In this document: positions 1 through 28,971 of the stretch, piece by piece
How the letters are laid out: each line of letters begins with the position of its first letter
How positions within the stretch are numbered: position 1 is the stretch's first letter
Origin: Tubiluchus corallicola
Lineage: Eukaryota > Animalia > Priapulida
Direction of reading: 5' to 3'
Assembly (NCBI GenBank): GCA_030141605.1
Contig: JAQGDQ010002384.1
Span: forward strand, 280,514-344,513
DNA: 64,000 nt
Position numbers and translations under genes: made by a program
The notes under the pieces: model-generated
What the model was told of the DNA's origin: nothing
The model's input: the letters and a program-made list of their open reading frames with translations, nothing else
The model's database searches: none

Positions 1-604
1 TGCGTGCATGCAATATTGTGACAAATTTCCCCATAGGCCAGATACACACAAGAAAATTTTGTAATACGTTTTTATAGGTTCTCTGGAATGAGCCTATATT
101 GTAAGTGTAATGTTGCAGACATATTGCACTATTCTGTAAAAATATTTGCTCGTTATTTGTGCGCGATGCATAAACACTTATCATTTATTTAATCAAAATT
201 GATGATTAAAGCTATAACTGCTGATCTTTTATTACTTGCTGTTTGTGGCATTACAATGGATAAACGTAGTTGTGAGGTGTTTTTACAAAAAAACCTTTGC
301 AACCTTTCCTTAGAAAAATAAACCTCACTTAGCACACCCTCCTCTTAATTTTACATCTTTTTGAATGGCGTACCTAGCAACCGCCTGCTGATTTCTCTGC
401 TCTGATTACCTGGGTGGAAGTGCATTAACTCACCTGTAACTTACACCTGTATTGCCCTGGATATTGATGTTGGGGAATTCCGCGGCAACACATTCTCTTT
501 AGCCGTGTAAATCTTATGTGATCAAAAAACCATTCCGTGTATTTGTAGTAGGGTTGTAAACTTGCTGTAAACTACAATCCAGTCTATCCACTCCTAATAA
601 ATAG

Positions 605-1110
<506 letters not shown>

Positions 1111-3050
1111 TCTGTGTCTGTGTCTAACCGCATATCTGTCGCTCTTTCTGTCTCCTGTTTAATTTTCTATCTCATTTCAAATCTACGTATTTCAGATTAT
1201 CAGAAGTTATTTTGCGTTTCGCTTTTCAATGCGGTATGCACGTCGAATTATTTTCTTGCTGTCTTTCAAGCTTTTAATTTTCCTATTTTTAAAGGCTATT
1301 TTGCTTGAAAAAATGCACAGGATCTAAGCTTTAGTTGTTAAGCTTTGGTAAGACAAATTGTCGTACTTCTGTAAATTAGTTGAAGTACATTAGGCCTAGT
1401 GTGCTTTGGGAATTCGAGTATGCAGAATGTTGTAAGACCTGTGTAGAAGGATGAATGATTCATAATTGCATATGGGAAATTGGGACCACAAAGCATTAAG
1501 AACTGTTGTCGTAGAAGCTGACGAACCGTTGCCCTTGAAGGGCCTTTCTGTTTCTGAATTCCCCATGCAGTGAAGTTCCAAGGTCCTGTGGCTTCCAACA
1601 CTACTACACAGCATTCGTTTGCTGAACAGATTAAACCATGTTATGTTAGGTAGTTTGCTTCAATAAGCTGCTTTAGTGTCCAACTGGATTGGCTCAACTA
1701 ACTGAGCTAAGCCATGTACAAGTATGTACATTTGCTGGAAACTTAATACTTTTGAAATAGAGGTTTCTACATGTTTACCTTGGCGTAGTCTGTCATTGAC
1801 TTTACTTATTAGGCATAAATGGCATCCGCTGCAGTAGCATGCCTCTGAAATAACTTCATTAAATAATCGCTGTTATGGTTTATATTTCTCATCATGTAGT
1901 TTCCAACCTAGAGCGCATGATTGTTTTAAGTTAGGTTTTTACAGGTAGCCTTAATTAAATTCAGAGCAAGAGATAGTAAGATTGTAGCGTTAACTTCTTT
2001 AATCTTGCAAAAGTGCACGAGCACACCATTGGTTAGCAATTAAAATAAGTACTGCAGATAGTTCAGTAAGACTTAATCTTTAACTAAATTTTATACTCTC
2101 ACCGCCAGTTCCTGAAATAGTAGATGATTGTTGTAAACTGAAAACCCTTGTTTCAGTTGCTTTGTTTAAACGAATGCTTGTCTAATTTCTCGAAAAATAG
2201 GGAGTCTGGGCCCTCCATCTTATTTTGCACTGTGAAATCTAACTACTGTGTATACACGTATTAACTCTCCAGGTATAAAATATTTGCACTTGTGTATTTT
2301 GGAGTTACATGTAAGGCGCGATGTTCTCAACAACGACCGAACTATTTACGCGTCAAACGAACGGTGATTTTTCCCTTTTTTCCGCAAAAGTCATAGAACG
2401 GAAATGTAAAGAACCGGACTGTTAGAGTTCTAGACATTACTGTAAAGAAAATTCAACGTAGGTGTTAACAGACAGAATTTTGTTTCCTGGGTGGCTACAC
2501 TTTCTCGCAGTGGGTATTTTCCCGGATAGAATCCAAGCAAATTTTGTAAAAATGTTGCAAACAATTTCCTGAAAAAATCGATTTGTGCAACTACGAGGTC
2601 GCCCCGAAAAAATAAACACATTATTAGAAAGAGAAAGACCGATTGCAGTGTTTGAGTGTTTCGTGTAAGATAATGTTCACTGAACGAAAGGGAAGGGTGT
2701 ACATATTTTGAAATTCTTTTAACATGTGAGTATATTTTGTTGGGCGGCTTTCGCGAAGTCATAGAATTTAACAAAGTTGAGAATGAGAGACACCTGGTTT
2801 AGCGTTTTTATGAAACTCGTGTTTATTGCACGGCGCCAACTAAAGTCGCAATTGGACTAGAAAGAAATTTGTAGCAATGCATTGACGATTGATCTTTCTC
2901 TTCCTTTTATATTAGTGAAAAAAAAGTCAAATGTGTGTCAGGCTGTCGTTAGACGTTGTCCAAGCGTTGTCAGCCTAGGTGTTAAACTTTTTTGTTTGAT
3001 TAACACGTGAGATTGAGGGGGTCTTGAAAGTAATAATCTTAATTATTACC

Positions 3051-3290
3051 GGGTGGCGTAGTTCAGTGGTATCGTGCTCACTTCTCACTCGCGAGGTCGC
3101 GGGTTCAACTTCCGATCGAGTCATACCAAAGACTTAGAATATGGTATCGCTGGTTCTTCAGCCAAGCACACGGGTTTATCGAAATTACGTGCGGTTATTA
3201 TTGATTGGGACCACCTTGGAAATAAGTATTATTTAAGTGTTACCTAAGGTGTTTTCTCTGGATTATATCATATAAAGTTATCCTACAAGT
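3051..3290 (+). mobile_element. tRNA-derived SINE with Meta-like central domain and LINE-like tail
   Basis: Pol III A-box-like GGTGGCGTAGTTCAGTGGTA (~3052-3071) and B-box-like GGTTCAACTTCC (~3102-3113). Followed by GTCATACCAAAGACTTAGAATATGGTA, which from memory resembles the MetaSINE core. No clean tRNA acceptor stem. 3' boundary approximate. Confidence 0.7.
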
Positions 3291-5743
3291 GTAATCCATG
3301 TCTGTGCAGCATTTGTGTACACTCCATCTCGTCCAAACTTGGCTGACTATTAGCTTTGCCAAACTTACCCAGGGAAAACAGAAAGACCACAAAACAGAAA
3401 AGGCAAACTACTTTCTGCTAGAGTAGACCATTGTTTACTCTGGAAGGAGAATTTTTTGGCTTCACATTCAGTTTGCTTTGCCTACTTTTCCCTCACTTCA
3501 TTGTTTCTTCAGTTTTTTATTCATGCGTACTTTGTGAGTCTAGTAATAAGCAAAATTGTTGCCCTCACGCAGATCTAGGTCAGTCAACGTTAGCGATATT
3601 GGCATCCTTGATGGATATCGCTGCCCGGGAATAATGCTGATCGATATGTCGACCAATCGCAGGCGCTGATGGCCAGGAAAAATGGAGCAGCTAATCCTTT
3701 CGGATTAATTGCGGATTATGAGTAGATATTTTAGCGGCTGTTTGTGATTAGATCCCATTGGGCTGTTAATGTCTGTTGGATTAATTAGCGACACGTGCTT
3801 TTCTCAGTAATGAAAATGTGATCATTATTCGATTGCCTATATTTAGCACAATACACACAGTAAGCTCATTATTATTTCAAAGCCCAGCCTTGTCTAATTC
3901 ACAGTGACGTCATAGCTGCTAATGTAAGTAATACATAGAACCCTCAGCACTGAGATGCTGATTTGCCAGTCTCCATAGCATGCGAGACAAAGCTGATAAC
4001 AGTAACCAAAAAAACGAGGTCTGATCTGTACCTGTGCTGGGTTGTTAAAACTTAATGCCGTGGCTTCTTGTTTGGTTCGTAGCACAAGTTTTTTACAAGA
4101 TAGTACGAGATAGTTATCTGCGTTATCTTACAGGCTTTGTTTATAGCAAAATGTTTGAACTGTGAATTTACCAAAATGTAATTTTTAAACTGTGTCTGAA
4201 TTCCTGGCCAAACAAAAGTTGCAGTTTGGAATAAATCTAAGTTGTTATTTGAATTGAAAATGGTTTCCTAAAACTTTGAAGAAAATCCACGTTCGAGGAC
4301 GTCAACGTTAAAATAATATTGAAATAAAGGCGTTAAGGAAAATTAAACAAGTTCCAAGTCTCTGGTTTTGTTTTGTTGATGTATTTAGTTTTCACAAATT
4401 AAGATGCTGACCAATTTTTATTGGTATTTCAACAAATTGCTGCGGCGTTAAGTGCAGTGCTGCCAGCATTGTTGTCAATTTATTTATTATGTGCACAAAA
4501 TAAACAAAAATTTAGTTAATTTTGGTACAGTCTTGCCACTCCATTCTGTTTTAATTGTGCAAAAAACGTGTTTGGGATAATACAACGTCTTCAGAAAAAT
4601 TATAATGTAATTAGCCTTTGACAAGTGCTAGTGTTTTTGCCAAATAAAGCAAGATTACTTTTTTATATACATGTACATTTACTATAAATGTAAAGTGTAA
4701 AGGCAGTATTGAAATACACACAGATATAAGACAGCTGCAACACATAAAGAATTTGCAGTTAAGTTTCAAAAACTCGTTTATATAAAAATTTAAAAATCAT
4801 TTGAATTAACCTATATGTAGTTATGTTATGTAGGCACGTTAACTACAGTGTTTTCAATATTCCTGTTGATCTTATGGGCTTTTTCAACTATTTATAGTGT
4901 ATTCTATTGACACCTGTGGCCTATCCATTAATATCTAATGCTGACTCAGGCAATTCCCCTAGTGGCTTGGAAATCAATACAGTTAAGCTAATACCTTGTT
5001 GGATAATTAAGTTAATCATAGTTATGCAATTGGCATATAATGCGTTGCTGCTAGATCTTGGAATAATAGCGGAGAGAAGGCAGATACCCTGGTGCTAAAG
5101 AAAGCATACATTAAAAATGTTTCCAAAGTATTTATTATGTAATCATTGCCACCATCATTTTCATTTTGTTATTATCATTATTGTAAACATTGAACTGTAT
5201 CACTATTATTGTTATTATTTTTATAAGCTAGGCATATAACTAAATAATCGCTATGATGTGTATCCACCAAGAAACCAGTCCTGATACCAGCCCCTGTTCT
5301 GATTAGACATCTCACCTTGGAGTATCTTTGCTATTAAGCTGGAGGATTATTTTTTGTATTAAACTAAATTTTAGTCCTGCCGCAATTGTCAGGTGTTGAA
5401 TTTTAAACCTCAGCTTGCAGAGGGCTAAACTATTTAAAATTGTTGTTTCTTGAACGTTTGACTGATTTCAAAAGGATTATTTTCTCTGCCAATGATTGTC
5501 TTCAAAAAGTGTGTAGGCTTTCTAATGTATATAATTTTTATTTTACTGTAAAAATACAGAAAATACATATCAGTTCTGGTCAAGTATGTGTATATGTATA
5601 TGTTAGTCCAGTAAATACAAAAGTGGCCACCTTTGGATGTCCATGACTTGCAGTTCCATAAATGTACCCTGCCATTTGGATACTATGTATTCAGAGCAGA
5701 TGCTTTAGTTAGCTATTTACACATTTTCATTTCTGTATTGCAG

Positions 5744-19569
<13,826 letters not shown>

Positions 19570-19726
19570 TATCAGGTACATTGTTTTTTGTTTTGTTTTT
19601 GTCGTAATTTTTTTCTCCAGGGTGGCAAAGAAGTTACTTAAGTTGAATTGAGTTCTTTGAATTTAAGAAATGAGTGTTTAGTCCAATACGTACAATGACA
19701 CATAAATCTTATAAAGTACTATACTT

Positions 19727-19789
19727 TCTCCTCTTTCCCTCCCTCCCTCTCTCCCTTTTCTCCCTCTCTCTTCCTCTCTCCCTCTCTTC

Positions 19790-19820
<31 letters not shown>

Positions 19821-19830
19821 ACTCACTCTC
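19727..19830. repeat. Pyrimidine (CT/CACT) microsatellite in the calcineurin 3' UTR
   Basis: Visible CT-rich run. Confidence 0.9.
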
Positions 19831-22800
19831 TGTGATTTACTGTTTCTGATCTGCTAGTTTATAAATTCAAAATGCATTTTACAATTAATATCTGTTTTAT
19901 TTTTATTTGTTGCAGAAACTTTCATTTCTGAGTTCCGTTTCACGTCATTCTGGTCACACTTAACAACACATGCACATTCACAATATTAATGAAATAAACA
20001 AAACAGATGTGGCATTCACTCGTGAAACATTACCAAGTATGGTCGAGCAGTGATGAAGCTACATCTGCCATCACGTACTGTGTTACTATGATCTGTTTTT
20101 TGTCTCAGAAAAGCTATTGTTTTGCTACGTTATTACGTTATTAGTCAGTTGTTGTTTTTGAGTTTTCACTATTTGTACAGTGTTCACAACACTATAGTTT
20201 TAACTTGTTGAATTTATTCATGTCCGTCATGCTGAATGCACAAGGCTTTTGATTCACATCATCAAACTAAAGCATTTTATGTATAACTTGTTAACATCTA
20301 GTAATTTTTAGTTTATTTATTTATATTTGCGTGCAGCTACCTCATTATTTCGCACTTGTTTTGTAACACAGTTTGTGAGTGGCTGGTATTGGGTGGCCCA
20401 CTGGCCAATGGCCAGTCAGAAGTGCCTTTTCAGAATGTAGGCTGAATCAGCATTTCTGATTAATAGTTGTTAATAGCAACTGTCTTTAGTCAGTTAATTT
20501 TGACAGACATTACAAGAGTAGGTCACTTGTAAAATATTAGACAATTGAGCTGTGACATTGAATGTGATTGGTTGATTTTGTGATCTGGAAACTGTATGAT
20601 CAGCCACTGAACTTCATTTGCTATTTCATCATTAGTTATTATTATAAGTATTCTTATTGTAATTTTTCACCTATTCGCATGTGTCACCTTCCCCGTTCCC
20701 TTCAAAATGAGCTACTTCATTTCTTTCGACTGGCCAAGATGGAGCGTCTCATTTTGTCGAAGGGGTGTGACTGTTTTTTTATCATCACTTGGGTATTTAA
20801 CTTACTTATTAACTTATTCATGGAAAACTAAAACAGTATACAAGGAATATTTCCATGATATTGTTAATATTTCTTGCAAATGCATGCATGTTAATAAAGC
20901 CTTTCAGTTTATTAAAGGATTCTTTGTGATACTGGTGTAAAATGTCAGTTGTCACGGACTTGAGTGAACAATATATATATGTCTGCGAAGGTGGGTAGCA
21001 AGTTATTTCGTAAGTTGCTTGAATATGGTGTTAAAGAACATTTCTATGAAAGTACGAATTACCATTACCATTGTAAATTTTCTAATTATATTTATGAATA
21101 TAATATATAATGTATAATTAATATATTAAAACTTCCACAATGCAAGGCGAAACTGTGCACAATATGCGTGCCAGGCTTTCTCGTTGCTACTAGCAATGTA
21201 TGTGTGCCTCGTGTGGAAATCTTTTTATCATTTTTGGAATAATATATTATTGGTATTGAGAGGCCAGAGATCTATAAACTGAACTTGTTTAATATATAAA
21301 TATAAATGGATTGTTCTCTTGTTTGCATTTCTATTTATTTCTCAAATTTTTGATGAACTTGTTTTCGATTCTGATTTTCGTTATAAATTTTATAAATATT
21401 CTGGTCGTGTATGATGTCTTCTGTAAGAGAAGGTCTTGCAGGCTTGTTGCAGGAATTTAGCGAGTACACTCGAACGTTGCACTCACACACTACACTCACA
21501 GTGCCGTTACCGTTTAGGTTTCTGTCTTCCATTGTGAGTATAGTGAAGTAACTAAGGCAACAGAATTTGTTTATTACATAATTTTTAACCTATGCATTTT
21601 TTGGTGTGACGTGTATATGTGAATTAAATGTTCAGCATTTGAATTTTATACATGTTTTCCATCTGCTTTCAAGCTATTGTGTCATTGATATTGCAGCTTG
21701 TTATTTGGAATTTGATATTTAAATACTAGTATTTAGTAGTAGTGTCATACATAGTGTTTTTCTTGCTAACTTCTTAAGTGCACAATATATTGCCAGACTT
21801 CATCTTTAAATCGCAGATGAAAGCAGTAATTTCATGCCTGTGTATATACTTTGAATATTTTGATAAAAAGAAACAATTGGTGTACTAGCTTATTTTTAGC
21901 CAAACTTGTTCCGTTTATTCACACATTGTAAAATTTGTTGATTTATCATTACTTGCCTTTAATCTGCATTTCGTTGTGGTTACCTGTTTACTTTTATACT
22001 AAAGTTCGTTGTTACATATAAAGTTCCCACATGTAAGTGGGAATTGTACAGTTTATTAATTTACACATCAATTAGTGAAGCTGTCAAACTTGCCCAGTCA
22101 AAATTAATCTTTACTATCAAATTTTGTATATAGTTGGTTCATGTCTGAGTTTGGTTAGTATCCCATTTGTGTGATTTTTTTTCGTTTTACGTAAACTTTA
22201 CATTTCAAAAGACGTCATGTGTTCTGGCTATCCGCAGTGTAATAAATACAAGATTTTTTGCTTATTTTTTGCAATTTGAATGTTGATAGAACTAAAGTAC
22301 TCTTCAAAATTCGTAGATGCTATTCTTGTGTGAATTTTACCGCAGTTATTATAAGTGCTTCATAGTGTTTATCTTTCCATTTTGACACTTTCTTATACTG
22401 TTCTTTTAATTAAATAAGTAATGTGGTTAATTAATCGCAAAAATCTCTCATTATCAAAAGCCTGATAACCTCAGCTGCCTAGATTTGAGATAGTTTATTC
22501 CAGATAGTTTAATCCTATATTCCAAAACAATATAAGATTAGTTTTTATTTGGCAAATCTGGAGTAAAGAGTAGTAGCTAAAGTTACTTAAGTAATATCTG
22601 TTCCATGTTTAGTTTTATGAAGCTCTTCCAGATTACTTTGCAATCATTTTTGCATGTCAGCTTGACTAGGTGCCTGTACAACTATGATTTGCTGAATATC
22701 AATGGGTGTTGAGCCATATGCTGAATTAGTCTGTGAAATTGTAGAGTTAATATAAAAAAGCTGAAGTACACATGGTTGTCTTTTTAAAATGTTAAGATTT

Positions 22801-24225
22801 TTCTCCTACTTAACTTAAAATCTCTTCTTTGTCTAAATCTAAAACACACAACTTTAAAATGATGTCAGTAAATTGTAATTTTATGTGTTTGCTGTGTTGA
22901 TACTGATAATAACAATTACACTGTATAAAACGTTTAGTGCATGCTGTTGTTTTATTCTTGTTTATTTAAACTTTAACTATATTTCTGTGTTACAATAAAT
23001 GAACTCAAAACAGAAAATGCAATGCCTTATATGTTTAAAATTCCTGGCAAGAGCAAGGGGGTATTTTACAGTACAATTCTAATGTTGTATATGATAGATA
23101 TCATGAAGCAACATATTTTTATCATAATAGCTTATTGCCACACACACTAACATTTCTGGAAGTCAGTGATCAAAAGTTATATTACTGCATACCTAATTGC
23201 TCAGTTTAACAATATTAAATTATAAATCTACTCGTATTTTGCTTAATAAAAACTTTAATTTGCAAACAATATGCAGCCAATAATATGCTAGAATCTGTTT
23301 TGTTTCTCGTGTCAAGTCAAACTCATGTACACAACCTTTTAAGATCACTCTCCACAGTAAGAACAGTGACACATGGGGACCTCGTGTTAAAATTAATGCT
23401 TTAGTATTTACAGTGAATTGCAGCTTTGTATTATGTATAACAAATAGATATCAGTTGTCAGAGTTTCACAATGTAGTGAAATGAAAAAGTGAACTCATAC
23501 AGTATCATGCTGAGTGCATTTGATGCTGCTCATTGTCTAATAATCAAAATACGAGAAAAAATTCACTAATAATTCTTGTTGCTGGTGTTGATCAAATGCA
23601 CTAATCTTGTAATCTGATGTGACTTATCAAATGCACTTTCATTGTTTCTTTCATACACGTTCCTTAATCATTGCCTTCTTTTTGGTTGTTAAATGTACGG
23701 TGTCATTTTGAGTAATTTATCTTACTTAGCTGTCCACATTGTTTTTCATTTGACAGGTAGTTTTGATTTTTGTTAAGCGGCCATGCAATTTGTTTTTTTT
23801 ACAGAAAAAGTGGCAATTTGTTAACATTCTACTTTATTTACTCTCATTTTATGTGTCTGTTTATGTGCGTAATGTATAGGTATTGTAAATTTTTTTCGTA
23901 TTATGCTACTCTAATTTTTTTTCATTAAATTTCTATTTATGTGCAAGTTGCTGCAAATCTTTTAGGTGCTAATCGATGAAATAAAAGAAATGTTCACCTT
24001 CCATGCAAATAATTATATGTAAGTCTTAGTAAAATTAATAGTTGATCACTACAGCAATTTACCGTTAAAAATAATTAACAATGTTAATACTCAATTAAAA
24101 ATTATTCGCAAATGAGCATAACCATTAACCAAGCCTAGCCCTAAGTGTCCAACGTGAGACTCGTCGTAAATATTCCGTCAATGTGTTACCAAGTGATTGG
24201 CTTTCCTGTTGAAGATATCCCGTAA

Positions 24226-26347
24226 TGCTTATTGGGGAATCGCGACGTGACGTGCAGAAATTGCTGAAATTCTAAACAATATTTTAAAAACAGGCACATT
24301 TCCGCAGGATATTCATAAAGGAATACTTATCCCTTTACCCAAGCCAGGTAAGAAACGAGGTCCTATATAAAATCTTAGACCATTGATGTTGCTTACACTA
24401 CTATACTAAGGAAGATCTGTACCGTTACCGTCGAAGGATAGAGGTTAAGCATACATAGCTTATAAACCTCTCCACTCTTCCTTGTTTACTTTGTCAATAT
24501 TAAGAATACATAATGGGTGGCGACACTACGATCACGAAGCGAAGCATAGGGTTTCTTGTTGCCATTGTGGCAACCTGGGGTCTATATATTTTTCAGCATT
24601 GTTTTTCCAAAATCTATGGAGACGAGACTTAAACTGGGCAGGATTGGGTGCTTGTATTACATGGTCAGGCAGCTTGTTCCACTCATTAATTACTCGCCTT
24701 GCGAATGTGAATCTTCTTCTGTTCCACCTTTTGGGAACTGTTCTCTTCTTGATTTTGTAGGAGTGACCTCTGGTACCATGATATGTCTGTCGGTGAAAAA
24801 ATATTTCACTGTTGATGGTTTCTATGCCTTTAAGAATACGGAATGTTTGGATTAAATCTTGTCTTTTGCGTCTGTATTTCAGAGTTGTAAGGCCGAGAAT
24901 CTTAAGTCTTGCAACATACGGTAAATGAGAAATGGCAGGTACAAGTCTAGTAGCTCGACGTTGTATACTTTCAATTTTTCTTATCATGTCTTGACGATTT
25001 GGGCTCCAAATCACATCACCATAATCCAGAATAGGACGAACGATTGATTTATATAGTTTGGTCGCCACTGTATGTTGACTAGGATCTATGACAGGTTACA
25101 CACTTACATTCCAACAAGCCAAGCAGCATATCAACCAGGACGGAATACTACTGAATTAGTACAAGCCTGTAAATTACTAGCCGGAAAAGCCATCTCTTCT
25201 GCTGATTACTCAATACATATTCATGATCGATATGTCAAAGGCCTTTGATTGTGTGCGGAGAAAAACTCTGCTATGCTGCCTGGAAGAAATCCTTGAACCT
25301 GATGAAATATACATCATAAGTATAATGTTAGAAAATTTATTAATTCAAGTCAGGTGTGAAGGGAAATTGAGTCAGCCGTTTTCTACAGACAAAGGAGTAC
25401 CTCAGGGTGACTGCCTAAGCCCTGTACTTTTCACTTTATATCTTGCCATAGCTCTCACTGAGGACAAAGTTATACCATTGAAAGACCTAGAAGATCACAA
25501 CTACACAATTCTTGATCCTGAATTAATACCGAATGAAGTAAGACAAGAATGCAGTTACAGTTCTCTACAAAGTAAGTCAACTACTATATCTATGCAGTAT
25601 GCTGATGATGTGGCATGGATTACAAGAAACAAAGAAGACGTAGATGAAATAAAAAACTCAATAGAGGAGAAACTGAACAGAATGGATCTCATTGTAAACA
25701 AAAATAAAACTGAAGAGTTTCACATAACACGCCATGGTGATGAATCATGGCAAAGATGCAAGTATCTCGGTAGTCTGCTGACAACAGAAGACGACATATC
25801 AAGACGGAAGATAATGGCATTATCAGTTTACTCAAAACTTAAAAAAATTTCTTTGGAAACAAAAATTAGAATATTCTCAGCCTTAGTTGAAACTGTATTT
25901 CTATATAACTCTGAGCTCTGGACATTAAAAGCAAATCATAAAGCTGAAATCGATGCGTTTCAAAGGCGAAATTACAAAAACATGTTGGGTATTAGATGGC
26001 CAAAGAAAATTTCAAACAAAGATCTATATGAAACAATAAAAGAAGAACCTTGGACAAGAAAAATAAAAAGACGCCGTTTAAGATGGATTGGGCATATGCT
26101 TAGACTACCTGATGATACTCCAGTGAAGATAGCTCTTCAACAAGCCATAGAACCAGCTAAAAAACCTGCAGGAGGACAAATGTTAACATATTTAGATTTT
26201 GCACAAAAAGATTTAAACACTTTAGCATTGATCCTTAGAAATAAATCTACTTGGGGCATTGCGGCGAGCAGGGAGTCCTGGCATAGGGAGGTGAACAGAA
26301 TCATGTCACTGGATGTGTGATTCATTGGATCATGATGATGATGATGA
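24226..26347 (+). mobile_element. RTE-like non-LTR retrotransposon, 5'-truncated RT region, interrupted by a CR1-like insertion
   Basis: ILIPLPKPGKK..NLRPL (~24320-24390), IPTSQAAYQPGR, then ORF 25223-26320 with DMSKAFD, GVPQGDCLSP, YADD, KYLGS, RRRLRWIGHMLR. (GAT)n tail at ~26328-26347. Contains stops/frameshifts. Confidence 0.9.
24422..25067 (-). mobile_element. CR1-like LINE 3' fragment inserted in the RTE element
   Basis: ORF 24532-25068(-): LYKSIVRPILDYGDVIWSP...IESIQRRATRLV...TRGHSYKI...FTFARRVINEWNKLP. The 3' tail has an AGAGGTT/AACCTCT stem and (ACGGTA)n repeats. CTGTA is duplicated on both sides. Confidence 0.88.
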
Positions 26348-27330
26348 CATAGAGGAATTACAAGATGCAGAATGTACGATCAGCTGCCGTTTAGAAAAAT
26401 ATAATCTTAAAGTCAGCAATAGAAAGACTGAAGAATACCATATTCGAAGAGGAGGTAATTATTCATGGAAATGATGTAAATACTTTGGTGGCTTGTTAGA
26501 CACCGAAGCTGACATACAAAGAAGGAAATTTCTTACATTGTCTGATTATACAGATGTCAACGGTTTTTGAAAACAATAGACTGTCTCTTGAAACCAAAGC
26601 CCAGATCCTTTCATCTTAGTTGAATCTGTGTTTTTGTACAGTGTTGACCTATGGGCAATAAAATTTAAGTAACAGAAGGAAATTGGCACTTTTCAAAGAC
26701 ATCTCTATAGAAATTACTCGCAATTAAATGGCCTGACTGAATATCTGCTTTACAGTCTTTTTTACAATGACATCAGGACCTAGAGTTCAACTCGTTAAGG
26801 TCCCTTCTCATATTCATTTTAAATTTATCGATAGCGTTTGATGATCAGTATAATGTGGTGAAGAAGAATCCTTGGAGTAAACAAATACAAGTAAGAAGAT
26901 TGCTTTGGTTTGGTGGCAGCAGTGCATAATGCGTGGCATCAACAAGTGAGATGGGCCGTGTTATTTTTAGAACATAGCAGCACAGAAACGACGACGAACA
27001 TATTTTAATATTCCTTGGTTCAAACGACTTTAGTCCAAAAGTCGAGCTCCGAACATCAAGATGGCTAGCATATGTTCTCTAATTACCAAGTAAAGCATAA
27101 GTAAGAATTGCCTTAAAGGAATCCTTAAAGAACCTTGCAAAAAACCATATGTCAAATGAAAAACAACGTGGACAGCTAAGTAAGATAAATAAAGATGTTC
27201 AATAACTTTAACCCATTTATCTTTAGGAGTAGAAGAACTTACCGCACTAGCTGCAGATAGGAGTAGATGGAATGCTCTAATGAATGGTAATGCCTCAATG
27301 TCTACAACAGATGGAAGAGACTTTGAAGAC
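26348..27330 (+). mobile_element. Older degenerate RTE-like LINE remnant
   Basis: Decayed translation LEKYNLKVSNRKTEEYHIRRGG..W..CKYFGGLLDTEADIQRRK. Paralogous pieces at ~43497-43605/44640-45090 and ~57885-57990/59030-59480. Confidence 0.75.
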
Positions 27331-28971
27331 CATCTTTTATTTTAGAATTCTGACTGCCTAGTGGGTCACTGATTCAAACCCAGGCTCAGTGTAGTCAAGT
27401 TTGATACCAAAATTCAGCAGTTGAGGTTTTATATAAACACATTTTATTTTTCATGACCTTTAGTATTAAAAAAAATCTGATTGATAAACATTAGTAAGGA
27501 ATTGTGCAGTTACTGTGTTTAGGTAAATACGAGGGTCAAGCACATATAAGCACATATTTAAAACAGTTTAAACAAGTGTCAGAAATAATGCTTGGGCCTT
27601 TATTTGCTTTAATTGTCTTCGAACATTGAGAAACGTCCAGCTGAGATTTAGTAGCGCTTAAACTGTACAGACCGTGAAAAGAACCTACCGATCATTAAAC
27701 TAGATCAGTGTCGTAATAAACTTGAATAATTTCCATTGTCAAATCTGTGGTGAAATTACAATCAAGGTGAATAAGGTAAATAACAAGTATGATTGATCTG
27801 CTCTCATCTGACCTACTAATTCGCGTTAATTAAGCGGTTCTTTAACATAATTGTGCTACGTTATTAAATATGAGAGTCGTAATTAGGTTTAACGATAGGC
27901 TATTTGATTAATTCCGCCTTAGGAATGAGTAAGTACTATAATATAATGTTCACACATTTACATTCAGATATCCACATTTTAACAGCGACAGTGCATCAAC
28001 AACAATCTAGTGATACAAATGTTAAACTAAAACATTACTGAAAGTTTACGATTTTGTAGTTTTTATAAGTTTCTGTGCTATATATGCCCCCATCCCTCCC
28101 ACTCCTAGCATTCATCAGACATTTCAACAGATAGTACATATACTTCATATACATCTTCGTCATTGATTGGGATTGTAACACTTCATTAATAAATATTTAT
28201 GCTGGTTTTTCAAAATGTTTATTTGTAACATAGTATTTGTTCTTCATTTTTGTATAGTCATTGACATAAAACAGTGCAATAGCTTGTGCATATGAGCTAG
28301 TAGTGTAATCAGTGTCTGCCAAATTGAAGCCTGACTCAGACCTGAATAATAAAAGACTGTCGAAAGGTGTTTAGGACGATTGCCTTATACAGAGGGAGAG
28401 GAAAGGGATTACAAAGTAGAGTACACAGATGTCCTGTTCTCATAAAGATCTGAATAATTAGTATGTAGAGTAACATTCGTTTCTGGCTATTGAAGTTTGC
28501 CTTTACAAATACGCTGTATCAGTTTGCTACACGACACAGATTACATGCTCACCCCAATGCTCAACTCAAACCAGCAGTATGCTAAGAATCCAGAAGTACA
28601 TGCCGCATACACGCCGTACATACATAACATACGTTCATAGATAGAATACATGTGCACATAGCTCCACAATTGATTACCTGCATATGTTATCACAAGTGGT
28701 ATTTCCAGCGATTTAATTTGCTCATCATTATTTTTTGTCTGTTTATCATTACCATGCCCACTAGAACATAAATATAATTTACATTTTTAAGTATGTCAAC
28801 TTTAGAAATGTCGTGATCCACATAACAGCACCTCTTTGAACTTTTGGAAGTTTAAAATTAGAACATTGCACTGAGTGCAGTCAGAGTGCAAAAATCAGGC
28901 TTAAGGCGTCTGAAATCATTAGGTGAAGTGTTAAATGTTTTAAGTTTTTTGGTAGATGTTTACGATCTAAC

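Noticed and set aside
3051-3125. Possible tRNA gene
   Set aside because: It has A/B boxes but no proper acceptor stem or cloverleaf, and continues into SINE-type body sequence.
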